From Chiloscyllium plagiosum (Eukaryota), in NCBI RefSeq assembly GCF_004010195.1, contig NC_057711.1, positions 76,767,674 through 76,831,673 of the forward strand: DNA of 64,000 nucleotides, given 5' to 3'. The notes beneath the pieces are model-generated. The model had not been told where the DNA came from and searched no databases. It saw nothing but the letters and a program-made list of their open reading frames with translations. Shown here one piece after another: positions 1 to 12,269 of the stretch (its first letter is position 1; each line of letters starts with the position of its first letter). The translations under genes were made by a program, and so were the position numbers.

Positions 1-559
1 AGGTGTTAGATATGTATGAACAAACTGGAGTGGAATCTTTGGGCAACGTTTAGAAAGGCAGTAGGAAACTTAATTGGATGGTTCTTACAACCTTTCAGGC
101 AGGTTAGCCATCTCAGCTATGATGTCTGGGAAACTAATTTGCTTTCATTAGCATGCCATGAATGCTCATTAACATTCTACTCAATGGAATTATACTGATC
201 ATCGCAATTTTATTCAACTAAATGAGAAAAATGCATGTTCACAAATGTACCTGATGAGGCAGACTCTTTTCTTGGAAGCTCTCCTAAGTACTCAATTCTT
301 CATTAGCCTGGGTCCTTCATAATCAAGGCAATTCTTTACTTGAACTAATAGAGTGGATGGGTGCAGACTGTTCAGGCCATACAGCTCATGGGAAGGCTCA
401 TTCAGAACTGGCCTTGTAATGTGCCGATGTTGTTTACTGCTCACAGAATAAAGGACTCAAACTGTCCAGGCCACTCAATCTGCCCAAGGTAAGTGGCAGC
501 ACTGGCGAGTTGTGAGGGACTCAGCACAGAAACGGCTCAAAAAAAAACTCATAGATAAA

Positions 560-1010
560 GTTGGGAAGGTTGGATGGTACGGCCAGGAATAAAACTTAAA
601 GGATTGTTTGGAATACTGAAAGGATTCGGGGGAATGGTGGTAGACAACTGTAAGGAAGAAAAGTGAATCACAGTGAGTGGGTGCTGTCTTTTGAGAATAG
701 GAAACAGAATGAGGTCAGTAGATACACTGGTGAGAATCAGGGAATGGGTGATTCGTAGGAGTGGGGGACCACTACCGATGGGAATGGGGAGCTAGAGGGC
801 ATGGGCTCCGGAAGAGTTCAGGAAGATCAAGGGAATTCATGAATATGATAAGTAACAGAGGAAGATTGAAGCATGGCAGAGGGCACATCAGAGAAAACAA
901 GATCATCTCCAGAGAATTTGGGAGGTTGGGGAGGGTGGTTGGAGAGGGTAGGAAGGGATTAAGTTTCAATTATTGGTGGAGGATTGAGGATGAAGAAGTA
1001 AAAACAAATT
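560..1010 (-). mobile_element. Degenerate L2-like LINE RT fragment
   Basis: Purine-rich + strand; the minus strand retains an 'SNLP' remnant of the YRPISNLP RT motif near 560-590; heavily decayed. Confidence 0.35.
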
Positions 1011-1337
1011 GACATGAGCTTTTATTGTCATCAGACCGGTCAAAATAAAATCTAAGAATGCACGGTAGGAATGGGAGGAGCTTGAGATATTTTTGCACAG
1101 TTCAAATATTTAAAGTTAGTGAATCAAAAGAGAAGTCAAAGCAATTTTGAAAGCATTCAATTAAGGATTTTATATTGAAATTAAGTATTAATAGCTGAGC
1201 CACCCAGTTGCACCTTGCTCAATTGGTGTCTCTTGGTCATTTCAGGAGAAGATAGCCCACACCAAACTGAACAATACCCCACAGGCAGAGATATCCAGGA
1301 TATCCAGATCCTCACCCTCTCTAAAGAATGATGTGAA

Positions 1338-1450
1338 GATGCCGGTGTTGGACTGGTGTGTACAAAATTAAAATCACACAACACCAAGTTATAGTCCAAC
1401 AGGTTTATTTGGAAGCACTAGCTTTCGGTGCACTGCTCCTTCATCGTGTG
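1338..1450 (-). mobile_element. Penelope-like pseudo-LTR fragment (family A) with degraded hammerhead core
   Basis: Reverse complement reads gatgaaggagcagtgcaccgaaagctagtgcttccaaataaacctgttggac..., matching the copy at 41550-41680. Confidence 0.75.
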
Positions 1451-2047
1451 TTCGTGGAAGAATTTGTTCCTTGCAGGAGAAGTCAGGGACTGCTCCAGTG
1501 GGGATGCAGTGACATCCATGCCCCAACACCCCAGTTAGTAACATGTGTCATTCACTGCAATGGTCACATTAACCAAGCATTTAACGCCACAACTAACCAG
1601 TGGCTGCAATGTTGACTGCCTTTTATTCATTGCAGGTGGACCCATCTCCCAAGAATCACCTTATCTCCTCCAGAGAAGAGTTTCTCAATTTCCCTGGATA
1701 ATATTGCAGACACATTGAAGAAACCATTGTCTACTCTGCCTCCTGGAAGCCCCAGAAGCACAGATGTGGAGATATCTGTTGGCTCATAAGGGGAGACAAT
1801 GAATCCGACATACAAACAGCTCCACAAATGTTTGAGGGAGGAACTCCCCAGTCGGCTTGTAATCGGAGGACTATGGAGACCAGACATCTTCTGAACACCA
1901 GCAAGAGTCAGCCCTGAGATCGCGGTGATGAGGGACTTTGTTCAGATACACAGGGAGATAGAAGTTAAGGAAAGTTGGTATTTAATGGGGTAAGAGTGAA
2001 GAAGTGATCAGACAGATGGAGAGGTGGAAACCTTTTCCTAGTTGCTA

Positions 2048-2185
2048 TCAGTTCTGTAGAAGGATCGCTGGACTCGAAATGTCAACACTGTTTTCTCTCT
2101 TCAGATGCTGCCAAGCTTCTGCAGTAAATCCCTTTTTATTTGTCTCAGATCTCCAGCATGCACGGTTCTTTGCTTTATTTTAAGA
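2048..2185 (+). mobile_element. Penelope-like pseudo-LTR fragment (family E)
   Basis: atcagttctgtagaaggatcgctggactcgaaatgtcaac...cagatgctgcc...tccagcat, homologous to 16073-16220, 38555-38777 and 44575-44720. Confidence 0.65.
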
Positions 2186-2439
2186 TCCTTGATATACCTC
2201 ACTCATCCAAAAACCAATGTCCCCAGGATCACCCAACCAAATGTCCAGGGCCATTGGCTTACTTTATGGAGCAAGGCCTCTCATCAGGAGCAGGGTCCCT
2301 TCGCACATCATCTGCAAAGGAGGGTAATTCTGTGCATTGCAACAGGCAGGAGAGGAATAGAAAATTATATCAATGACACATAGGTGTGACACCAAATAAC
2401 ATAGTAGAAACAATTAGTTTTGCACACAATGCAATATGT

Positions 2440-3190
2440 TGAGAACTGGTTGTTTGGGAATAGAGAACCAAATAGACAACTGGATGGCAGACAGGACAGA
2501 GAGGAGGAATAAATTCATCTTTTTCTGAGTGACAGTCAGTGACCAGTGAGATCAGTGTTTGGATCCAAGCTATTCTCAATATATATTCAGAATTTAGGTG
2601 AGGGAACTGAATGGAATATCTCCATGTTTGCAGATGACACAAATTTAAGAGAAAGGGTGAACTGTGAAGAGGATACAGAGATGCTTCATTGTGATTTGGA
2701 CACGTTGAGTGAATGGACATTGGTGATGATGGATAATGTGGATCATTATGAGGCTATCTACTTTGTTAACAAAAGTGGGAAGGGCAGATTATTATCTGAA
2801 GGGTGATAGATTAGGGAAGGGGGAGGTACAACAAGACCTGGTTGTCCTTGTACACCAGTCACTGAAAGTAAGCATGCAGGTTAAGCAAGCAGTGAAGAAG
2901 ACAAATGGTATGTTGGCCTTCTTACAGAGTGCATTTGAGTACAGGAACAGGAATGACTTACTGCAATTGTATAGGCAGTGGTGAGTCTACCTAAATATAC
3001 CTTGAATATTGTGTGCTGCTTTGGTGTCCTTATACAAGGAAGGATGTTCTGGCTATGAATGGAAAGCGATAGAGATTTACCAGACTGCTTCATGTGATGA
3101 CAGGACTGACAGATGAAAAGGATTGGACTGGTTAGGAATATATTCACTGAATTTTAAAGGGAAGTGGATCACATAGAAACCCATAAAATT
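2440..3190 (+). mobile_element. Degenerate CR1 LINE ORF2 RT/3' fragment
   Basis: ORFs 2546 and 2736 contain SMFADDT and DLVVLVHQSLKVSMQVKQAVKK-like CR1 motifs, with frameshifts. Confidence 0.85.
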
Positions 3191-3799
3191 CAAGGAGTTG
3201 TTATGAATTCAGCTTATAACCTATTGGATGCCTTATTAATGCCGCAACTTGTCTTGTTAATATTCGGCTTCCTATCTTACCAAATATACCAGACAAGCTA
3301 AACATCAAGAAATCTCAACTTGGAAGTAAGACCAGGTACCTGGCAAATTCAGATCACCATTTGATTCAAAGGATCTTCACTTTGGCTGACACACCAAGTC
3401 AAGAGCAGCCAGAAATACCAGTCCAGGGTCTTGAACACACACACACAGAGTCAACTGCTCGGGTCAGTCAGAGCCAGGAAGCTCTCCACATAAGGAATGA
3501 AGCTCCCATATAGGTCACCCACCATCAGTCTTGACTCTTTCTCCCCTATTGTTGGGCTTTTCCCTCCCAGAATGAGATAGAGAGGAGGGTATTAAAGGAG
3601 ATGAAAGTGGGTGGCATTCCTGTTACTGTTGGTGCAGGTGGAGTAGTGCCTGATTGAGCACAGAGAGCATCTAGGACTAGTGGCATTGGGGATGGGATGG
3701 CTGATAGCAAGTAAGGGAAGATGTTGCAAGAAATACTGAGAGTAATAAAGCATCAGTCTTGGTGGGAGGTGAGTAGAGTAGCAGAGATCGAGTGTCTGT

Positions 3800-4300
3800 G
3801 AGGTAGCAGAGAGAAAATGGTACTACTTATGCTGACAGTCTTCATACATTCGAGACTGCACTGAGCCAGGTGGCAATATTGGATCAGAGCTGAAAAATGT
3901 GTTGCTGGAAAAGCTCAGCAGGTCAGGCAGCATCCAAGGAGCAGGAGAATCGATGTTTTGGGCATAAGCCCTTCTTCAGGCTTATGCCTGAAACATCGAT
4001 TCTCCTGCTCCTTGGATGCTGCCTGACCTGCTGAGCTTTTCCAGCAACACATTTTTCAGCTCTGATCTCCAGCATCTGCAGTCCTCACTTTCTCCTAGGC
4101 AATATTGGACCAGGTTTGGATGGTTTGATGGGTAGCCTCCTCTGCTGGTTCTGGGTGGAGAAGACTTCTCCATGTGTATCACAATGCCTACAAAGCAGGA
4201 AACCAAATTTCCCTTCTCTGTCATCTCTGGAGCAAGGATCAGGAATCGTGCAGAGCGGCTCCACACTGACAGAGCTTGTCCAAGTCCACAAAGGATGGCA
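3800..4300 (-). pseudogene. Myb/SANT-like (Harbinger-type) gene remnant, split by a PLE hairpin insertion
   Basis: Minus strand reads EVFSTQNQQRR../HQTIQTWSNIATWLSAVS across the insertion, resembling the Harbinger Myb/SANT-like DNA-binding domain. Confidence 0.4.
3884..4097. mobile_element. Hairpin (inverted pseudo-LTR pair) PLE derivative, family B, with 12-bp TSD
   Basis: Arms of about 85 bp are near-perfect reverse complements; TSD ggcaatattgga at 3872-3883 and 4098-4109. Confidence 0.9.
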
Positions 4301-5419
4301 CTAGTGCCAAGGATGTGGGTTAATTCAAGGAATTCTGACAGGGCACAGCATGTGCAAAGATAAGGCTAGAATCAGATGACAGGTATGCTTCAGTGGTGGG
4401 TAGGTGGTTCATGAGATGAATTTGGTAAGATAATAGTGAGAAAACTTATTAAGCCTCAGCCAAAAACCATCTAAAAAACTTGATGTAACCAGTACTTTAC
4501 TAAACAAAGGTAAGGCTCTGCCCATACAAATTGCCTTTAAGTAGTTGATGTGAAGAAATACAGGACAAGACTGCTAAATGCACTATTTGGAACAATATAG
4601 TAAATGTGTTCCTGATGAACTGTTGTGTTATTGCAAACAGCAAAGGGTGGAAATCTTCCCATTTCGTTAGCAATGCTACACATATAACACAGGACCAATA
4701 GAGGAGCCTCAGTAGAAAGTGATACGAATGGCTGTCGCATTGCCAACTTTTTTTTTCTATAATGAGTTGAATTAGGTTGGCCACATTCTCAATGCAGACT
4801 TGGTTTTAATTAAAATGCTGATCTTCGAAATCTGAATTCCCTTTTCCTCTGTGGGTTTTATATTTCTTCTAACATTTACAGATAACCGTGAACTATCGAA
4901 GCACAGGTTTCATCGGGACAATAAGTTTGTCTATAGCTGACAGAACAACCAGTTCAGTCGAAACAAAGAAGCCATCAGAAACCCTGCTATACACACTGTA
5001 GCTAATTATGTTCTCAGTAAATCAGTCACAAAGTACATGTCAATGTCACATTTTATGTGGAGGACACATGAATAAAGCAAACATATCATAGAAGATTGGG
5101 CAGGATCTTGCTGAATAGCAAAGGCATGAGCAGCCAGCTGAAGAGATTGCATGTCCTCTTTCAGGGAAGGCCAATCAAATCATACGACAATCAGATATCA
5201 GTGAGGCCAGCACTTGGGATTTTGCTTTGAATTAATGCTGGATGAAGTAATGGGTTTGAAAGGTGTAAAATTAATTGCATTACAATGTACTCAACTAGGT
5301 CATGTCATAAGGACTTGGGTGGGTAAAAGCAGAACAGCTTCGGATTTTGTAGAGTGAAGACCTTTATCAGTGGAGCCCCTTACGGTCACAGTAACAATTT
5401 CTAACTCACTAATGTACAG

Positions 5420-5625
5420 TTGCTGTAGCCTCAGTAGACCATAGGGCTTCGTTTTCAACAGAGAGGGATAACTGGTGGTGGATTAATCTGAGAGTACCAC
5501 ACCTCAGGTGAAGGGCAATGCTGAGAAGATGGGATCTTTATGGTGACCACAGGAATTGAATCCGTGATGTTGGCATTATTCTGCATTGCAAACCAGATGT
5601 CCAGGCAACTGAGCTAACTGATCCC
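5420..5625 (-). mobile_element. tRNA-derived SINE
   Basis: Minus strand begins gggatcagttagctcagttg (A-box-like) and has ggattcaattcc (B-box-like). Confidence 0.6.
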
Positions 5626-5675
5626 ACTTTAGGTAACTTGTGTTTGATTGCTATCGTGCAATAGGCTAAACCTTG

Positions 5676-5798
5676 GGTGGGCGGCACGGTGGCACAGTGG
5701 GCGGCACGGTGGCACAGTGGTTAGCACCGGCGGGTCGGTGTGGACTTGTTGGGCCGAAGGGCCTGTTTCCACACTGTAATCTAATCTAATCTAAAAAA
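5676..5798 (+). mobile_element. Internally deleted HE1-type SINE with duplicated head
   Basis: gggcggcacggtggcacagt twice, then the HE1 tail and (taatc)n; TSD aaaccttg at 5668-5675 and 5799-5806. Confidence 0.8.
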
Positions 5799-6384
5799 AA
5801 ACCTTGTTTAAGATAACTACCTCTTCTCATTAAGATTCATTACTTTAGTGTAAATCAAGTAGAACCTTAGATACAGTCAAAAAAAGAGAAAAAGTAGCGT
5901 CAGACTACCCCCAATGACAACCTGTTGGTGATTAGCATTGTACCTCACCCAGTTCAGGAGCAGCATTGGGCATTGTTGCTCAATACACAAGGTAAGAATG
6001 GTGAGTATTTCAATGTACTCAAGAGCAGAGAATTCCAGTGTATGCAGCAGAAGGACTTGAGATTTACAGTTTTAAAGTTAGCTATCAGTCAATCAGCCTG
6101 TGTCAACTTGTAAAATGATTAGCAACAGAGGAATTCCATCCACGGCAAAACTTTTTATTACAGATTTCATGGAAGTGTGAGCTCAAAGCTGGTCACATGT
6201 GGCAGTTATAGATACCATCAGGAAGCGAGTGTCTACAGGAGCAGTACTGATTAGGGGTCTAAAAGTAGACTGGAAAGTAGAGTTGGGCCACAATCAAATT
6301 ACCTGTGACCTTATGAACTAGGAGGGTAGGCTGAAGTGGCTGACTGGCCTTCTCTTGCTTCTTATTTGCAAGTTTCTATGTAGA

Positions 6385-6750
6385 GAGCAATTGAAACAGT
6401 CATTCAACAGTTAAAAAGCAGCAAAGCCTCTGAAGCAGATGGACTGCCTGCTGAAATTCGGAAACACAGCAGAGCTACACTCCTGCCCTGCCTGCACAAA
6501 GTCATTTCCTGTATCTCAGAGGAGATCTGCATGCTGGGGAATCTCAAGATGTGACTACCTTGTGGCAAGGAGGCAAATGAATTTGAGGAATCTCCCTCCA
6601 GTAAGCCATAGGATGAGCCAATGCAACAATGTTCTTTTATCATACTGAACTTCTCACCCATCGAGATGTTTCATGGTTATTATCGATACTGCACAACAAA
6701 TTCAAGTAAAATGCAATGAACAGCAGCAACAGCTGTACAGACCTCTTTTA
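6385..6750 (+). mobile_element. RTE-clade LINE RT fragment (5' part; continues at 9790)
   Basis: Translates IETVIQQLKSSKASEADGLPAEI and TAQQIQVKCNEQQQQLY, like the RTE motifs KAPGxDGIPAE and RQLQEKCREQ. Confidence 0.7.
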
Positions 6751-9700
6751 GAGTCATAGAGATGTACAGCACGGTTCAACTCGTCCATGCCGACCAGATA
6801 CCCTAACCTAATCTAGTCCCACCTCCCAGCACTTGGTCCATATCCCTCTTAAACACTTCCTATTCATATATCCATCCAGATGCCTTTTAAATGCTGAGAG
6901 TGTAGTGCTGGAATAGCACAGCAGGTCAGGCAGCATCCGAGGAGCAGGAGTATCAATGTATTGGGCATAAGCCTTTCATCAGGAATGTGGCGTGTGGGCC
7001 GGGGGCTGAGAGATAAATCGGAGAGGGGATGGGTTTGGGGGGAAGGCAGCTGAGAACGCAATAGGTTGATCAAGGTGGGGGAGAAGGTGATAGGTCAGAG
7101 AGGAGGGTGGAACGGATAGATCGGAAAGACAATAGCTAGGTCAAGAGGGCGGTGCCGAGTTGGAGGCTTGGGACTGGGATAAGGTGGGGGGAGGGGAAAC
7201 AAGGAAACTGTTGAAATCCACATTGATCCTGTGTAGTTGTAGGGTCCCAAGATGAGGCGTTCTTCCTCCAGGCATCGGGTGGTTAGGGTTTGGGGATGGA
7301 GGAGGCCAAGGACATGCAGGTCTTTGGCGGTGGGGGTGGACTTGAAGTGTTCAGCCATGGGGTGGTGGGGTTGTTTGGTTTGGGTGTCCCAGAGATGTTC
7401 TCTGAGATGATCCGTAACTTAGCATCCTGTGTCCCTGATGCAGAGGAGACCACATCGAGAGCAATGGATACAGTAGGTGACATTTGTGGAAGTACAGGTA
7501 AGTTTCTGATGGATGTGAAAGGATCCTTTGGGGCCTTGGACAGAGGTGAGGAGGGAGGTGTGGGTACACATTTTGCACTTCCTGCGGTGTCAGGGGAAGG
7601 TGCTGGGAGTGGGGTGTGGGCTGGTGGGTGGCGTGGATCTGACAAAGGAGTCATGGAAGGAATGGTCTCTCCGAAATGCTGATAGGGGTGGGGAGGGAAA
7701 TATATCCCTTTTGGTGGGGGTCTGTTAGTAGGTGGCAGAAGTGGCAGAAGATTATGCGATGTATACGAAGGTTGGTGGGATGGAAGGTGAGGACGAGGGG
7801 CGTTCTGTCCTTTTTGCATTGGGAGGGGTGGGGTTCAAGGGCGGTGCTGCAGGAAATAGACGAGATACACTGGAGGTCATCGTCGACCACGTGGGAGGGG
7901 AAATTGCGATCTTTTAAGAAGGAGGCCATCTGATCTTCTACAGTGGGTTTGGTCATCCTGGGTCAGATGCAGTGGAGACGGAGGAATTGGGAACAAGGGA
8001 TGATGTTTTTACAGGAGGCGGAGGGGTGGAGGAGGTGTAGTCTACACAGCTGTGGGAGTTGGTGGGTTTGTAGTAGATGTCGTGGTTAGTCAGTCACCAG
8101 AGATGGTGATGGAGAGGTCCAGGAAGGGGAGGGAGGTTTGTGAGATGGTCCAGGTGAATTTGAGGTAGGGGTGTGTACCAGCCTCCACACCTCCTCTGGA
8201 AGCTCATTCCATACACACACCACCGTCTGCATGAAAGAGTTGCCCCTTAGTTCTCTTTTATGTCTTTCTCCTCTCACCCTAAACCTATGCCCTCTAGTTC
8301 TAGACTCCCTCACCCCAGGGAAAAGACTTTTGTCTACTTATCCTATCCATGTGCTCCATGATTTTATAAACCTCTATAAGGTCACCCCTCAGCATTCAAT
8401 GGTCCAGGGAAAACAGCCCCAGCCTATTCAGCCTCTCCCTACAGCTCAAATCCTCCAACACTGGCAATGTCCTTGTAAATCTTTTCTCAACCATTTCAAG
8501 TTTCACAACATCCTTCCAATAGGAAGGAGACCAGAATTGCATGCAATATTCCAAAAGTGGCCTAACCAATGTCCTGTACAGCTGCAACATGACCTCCCAA
8601 CTCCTGTACTCAATACTCTGACCAATAAAGGAAAGCATACCAAATGCCTTCTTCACTATCTTATCTCTCAACAACTCTACTTTCAAGGAGCTATGAACCT
8701 GCACTCCAAGGTCTCTTTGTTCAGCAACACTCCCTGGACCTTACCATTAAGTGTATAATTTCTGCTCTGCTGTCCTTTTCCAAAATGCAGCACCTCTCAT
8801 TTATCTAAATTAAACTCTATTTGCCACTCCTCAGCCCATTGGCCCATCTGATCAAGATCCTCTAATCTGAGGTAACCTTCTTTGCTGTCCACTACACCTC
8901 CAATTTTGGTGTCATCTCCAAACTTACTAACTATACCTCCGATGTTCACATCCAAAGCATTTATATAAAGTAGTGGACTCAGCACCGATCCTTGTGGCAC
9001 ACCAGTGGTCACAGGCCTCTAATCTGAAAAGCAACCCTCCATCATCACCCTCTGTCTTCTACCTTTGAGCCAGTTCTGTATCCAAATGGCTAGTTCTCCC
9101 TGTATTCCGTGAGATCTAATCTTGCTAATCAGTCTCCCATGGGGAACCTTGTCGAATGCCTTACTGAAGTCCATATAGATCACGTCTATTGCTCTGCCCT
9201 CATCAATTCTCTTTGTTACTTCTTCAAAAAACTCAATCAAGTTTGTGAGACATGTTTTTCCAAGCACAAAGCCGTGTTGACTATCCCTAATCAGTCCTTG
9301 CCTTTCTAAATACATATAAATCTTGTCCCTCAGGATTCCCTTCAACAACTTGCTCACCACCGATGTCAGGCTCACCAGTCTATAGTTCCTTGGCTTTTCC
9401 TTACCACCTTTCTTAAATAGTGGCATCATGTTAGCGAACCTCCAGTTTTCCGGCACTTCACCTGTGACTATCGATAATACAAATATCTCAGCAAGAGGCC
9501 TAGCAATCTCTTCCCTAACTTCCCACAGAGTTCTAGGGTACATCTGATCAGATCCTGGGGACTTATCCACTTTAATGCGTTTCCAAGACATCCAGCACCT
9601 CCTCCTCTGTATAATGAACATTTGTCAAGATTTCACCACCTATTTCCCCACACTCCACAACTTCCATGTCCTTTTCCACAGTAAACACTGATACAAAATA

Positions 9701-9790
9701 TTTGTTTAGTATCTCCCCTATCTCCTGCAGCTCTACACATAGGCTGCCTTGCTGATCTTTGAGGAGCCCTATTCTCTCCCTAGTTACCCA
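6750..9790 (-). mobile_element. CR1 LINE, 5'-truncated ORF2 (RT) plus 3' tail, interrupted by a PLE
   Basis: ORFs 9019-9621 (QHGF, DFSKAFDKVPH), 8797-9012 (GVPQGSVL) and 8396-8704; tail at 6750-6895. Confidence 0.95.
6896..8172 (-). mobile_element. Penelope-like element (family B), decayed RT C-terminus/GIY-YIG and pseudo-LTR
   Basis: PLVLTFHP motif (ORF 7651-7956), CxxC GIY-YIG region at about 7400-7520, family-B pLTR at 6896-6985. Confidence 0.9.
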
Positions 9791-9872
9791 CAACAGCCTT
9801 GACTCTGTCAACCATGAAGACTTACGGATTATCCGCCTCAAATTTAGCTGCCTTCAGAAATTGGTCATCATC
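9790..9872 (+). mobile_element. RTE-clade LINE fragment (continuation of 6385-6750)
   Basis: DSVNHEDLRIIRLKFSC resembles the RTE motif AFDSVNREALWxILxKFGC. Confidence 0.65.
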
Positions 9873-10197
9873 ACTAGTGGTAATGTCAGTAGACTAGAAA
9901 TCCAGAGCCCAGGTAATGTCCTTGTGGCATGAGTTTTAATCCATAAGTTGGCATAAAGTTCAAATTTGAGTTCAAAGAGAAACTAGCCTGGTGACAACCC
10001 TGTCGATCACTGTACAAACCCATGTGGTTCACTGATGTCCTGACGGAATAAAATCTGCCTTACCTGGTTTGGCCTACATGTGACTCCAGAACCAGAGTGA
10101 TGTTGTAGACTTTTAGTTGTCCTTTGGGCAATTAGGCATGGCCAATAACGCTGGCTTAGCCAGCGGTCCCCACATTCCAGGGACGTGTAAAATAAAA
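9872..10197 (+). mobile_element. SINE with CR1-family-2 type 3' tail
   Basis: tRNA-like head; tail gggcaattaggcatggccaataacgctggc... is shared with 30420-30490. Confidence 0.7.
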
Positions 10198-10939
10198 CCC
10201 TGTCTACTTGATGATGACAGCAGTGACCAAGCAGAATAAAGAACTGTACTGAATGAAAAAAATGGTGAAAATGAAAGAAAATCAAAATATTTTGAAACAT
10301 GTATGGACCAAAACTCTCCAAGGTGTTACCTTGGGTCAATAATTAGCACGCTGACCATAGTGTACATGCCTGTCTCATGAAGCTGAGACAGTTACTTTAC
10401 ATAGAAACTGGCTTCCTTTGTAAAATGGGATCATTGTTATATATATCATTCCTTAAAAGCGTCCCAATATGCTTTTGCTAGTGAGGTTAAATATTACAGC
10501 AGTCACCGGAAACAAAAGGGAGTCATGCACAGAATGCGTCACAAAAAACACTTTAGACATTTCACGTAATAATAATCCTCACAGATCATTAGACCCCACA
10601 TCAGCTCAATTTCTAGAAATAGTTCAATTAACCAAGGATATGGCTATATGAGAAAGATTGGGTGTTCTATTTATTGAAATGATTCAAAGGTGAAGTTTAT
10701 TTTTTCTTATTTGTGATTGAGATGTATATTTGGAAATGGAGCATAACGATTTGAAAATCTTTGAGACTGCAAGCAATACAGAATTTTTTTTAGACTTGCT
10801 CGAAGGTTTTGGAGAGTAGTTTTAACAACATACTTTTAACTTTGTTCTATGACTGCAGAGAAACAGTAATTGTCAGGATACTGGTACAGCAGGGAAGTGA
10901 TATCAGTCTATGTCACTTGCACAATTTAGGCACATAGAT

Positions 10940-11228
10940 TACTTACAGTGTGGAAACAGTCCCTTCAGCCCAACAAATCCATACCGATCCACAACCCACC
11001 CCCCTACATTTACCCCATCATGTAACACTACAGGCAATTTTGCATGGCCAATTCACCTAACCTGCAAATCTGGACTGTGGGAGGAAACCAGAGCACCCAG
11101 AGAAAACCCATGCAAACACAGGGAGAATGTGCAAACTCCACACAGTCAGTAGCCAGAGGCGGGAATTGAACCCGGGTCTCTGGCGCTGTGAGACAGCAGT
11201 ACTAACCACTGTGTTACCATGCCGCCCA
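10940..11228 (-). mobile_element. HE1-type tRNA-derived SINE
   Basis: Minus strand starts gggcggcatggtaacacagtggttag, has B box ggttcaattccc, HE1 core and CR1-type tail. Confidence 0.9.
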
Positions 11229-11774
11229 TAGACAGCTGAATTTTCACCAGCCTGATGTTCTGAAGTTCACAACATGGTAGTTCAAATCCTTTATAGTGAT
11301 TCACTTTCTAATCTTAGTACTGCTTTTAATTATTTTAAATATAAAAATCTTGGTCACTCTTTTCCAGCTCAATTTGCGCTACTGGCCTTGACAAATTTCA
11401 CCCTCAAGCTATTTGATATAAAAGAAAAGGAACAGTCAAATCTATGCATCCAACATGAAATTTAACCTGATCTTTGTGGAATGGTGGATAAGCAGTTTCT
11501 CACCAATGTCCACATGATAGCCCACCATTTTCAATGTTTACAGTTCTATACAGATCGGAAGCTACATTTCTATGGCAACATACTTTTTAAAATATAGTTT
11601 GATGTTTGATGATGTAACTGAGACTGAACTGTAAATTGAACACTTGCCTGAATGAAGAAACTACTGCAGCTTTCATAAAGGATGAAGGCCTTTCAAAGGG
11701 TCAGTCAGAAACAGAACATGCATAAAGAAAATGACACTTAGGTTTTTCCATCAGCTAGTTAAGCTTTTTTCAAA

Positions 11775-12115
11775 ACATCCTCTCACAAGATGTGGGCATT
11801 GTCCATTCCTATGCACTTCCCATCCTTGTCCATCCAGGTGTTAGAGACCATGGATTTGGAAGGTGCTATCTAAGGAGCTTTGGTGAGTTTTAGATGGCAC
11901 ATACTGTTGCCACAGTGTGTTGTTGGTTCAGGGAGTGAATGTTGTTGGTGGTGGGTGTGATGCCGATCGAATGGACTACTTGTTTTGGAAGATGTTGAGC
12001 TTATTGAGTATTGAGTTACATCCACCCAGACAAGGAGATAGTATTCCATCACACTCATGATTTGTGCCCTGCAGGTGTACCAAGTTTTAGGGTAACAGGA
12101 ACTAAGTTACTTGTC
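11775..12115 (-). mobile_element. CR1 family-2 3' fragment
   Basis: Reverse-complement similarity to 30000-30490 and similarity to 31570-31830. Confidence 0.7.
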
Positions 12116-12269
12116 TTCACTATTAATAGCAAAATGAGAACCAGTGAAAGTGTAAAGCTGATTAGAAATCAAAAAAGAAGTCCTCTTTGGAGGCAGAGGC
12201 CCTGGGTGTGGTAGTTAGGCAAATATAACAAATCTGTCTTTACTGGCGAAATGGATGTTTCAAGTGCCA

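Noticed and set aside
251..280. CTGATGAG hammerhead box
   Set aside because: No stem II and no GAAA downstream
4612..4645. CTGATGA followed by a ctgtt/aacag hairpin as a hammerhead
   Set aside because: Second core box reads CAAA rather than GAAA; no stem III or cleavage triplet
8171..8758. 195-aa + strand ORF
   Set aside because: Antisense shadow of CR1 ORF2
10859..10936. Ankyrin-like peptide ETVIVRILVQQGSDISL
   Set aside because: Too short, no convincing donor, no TPLH-type motif
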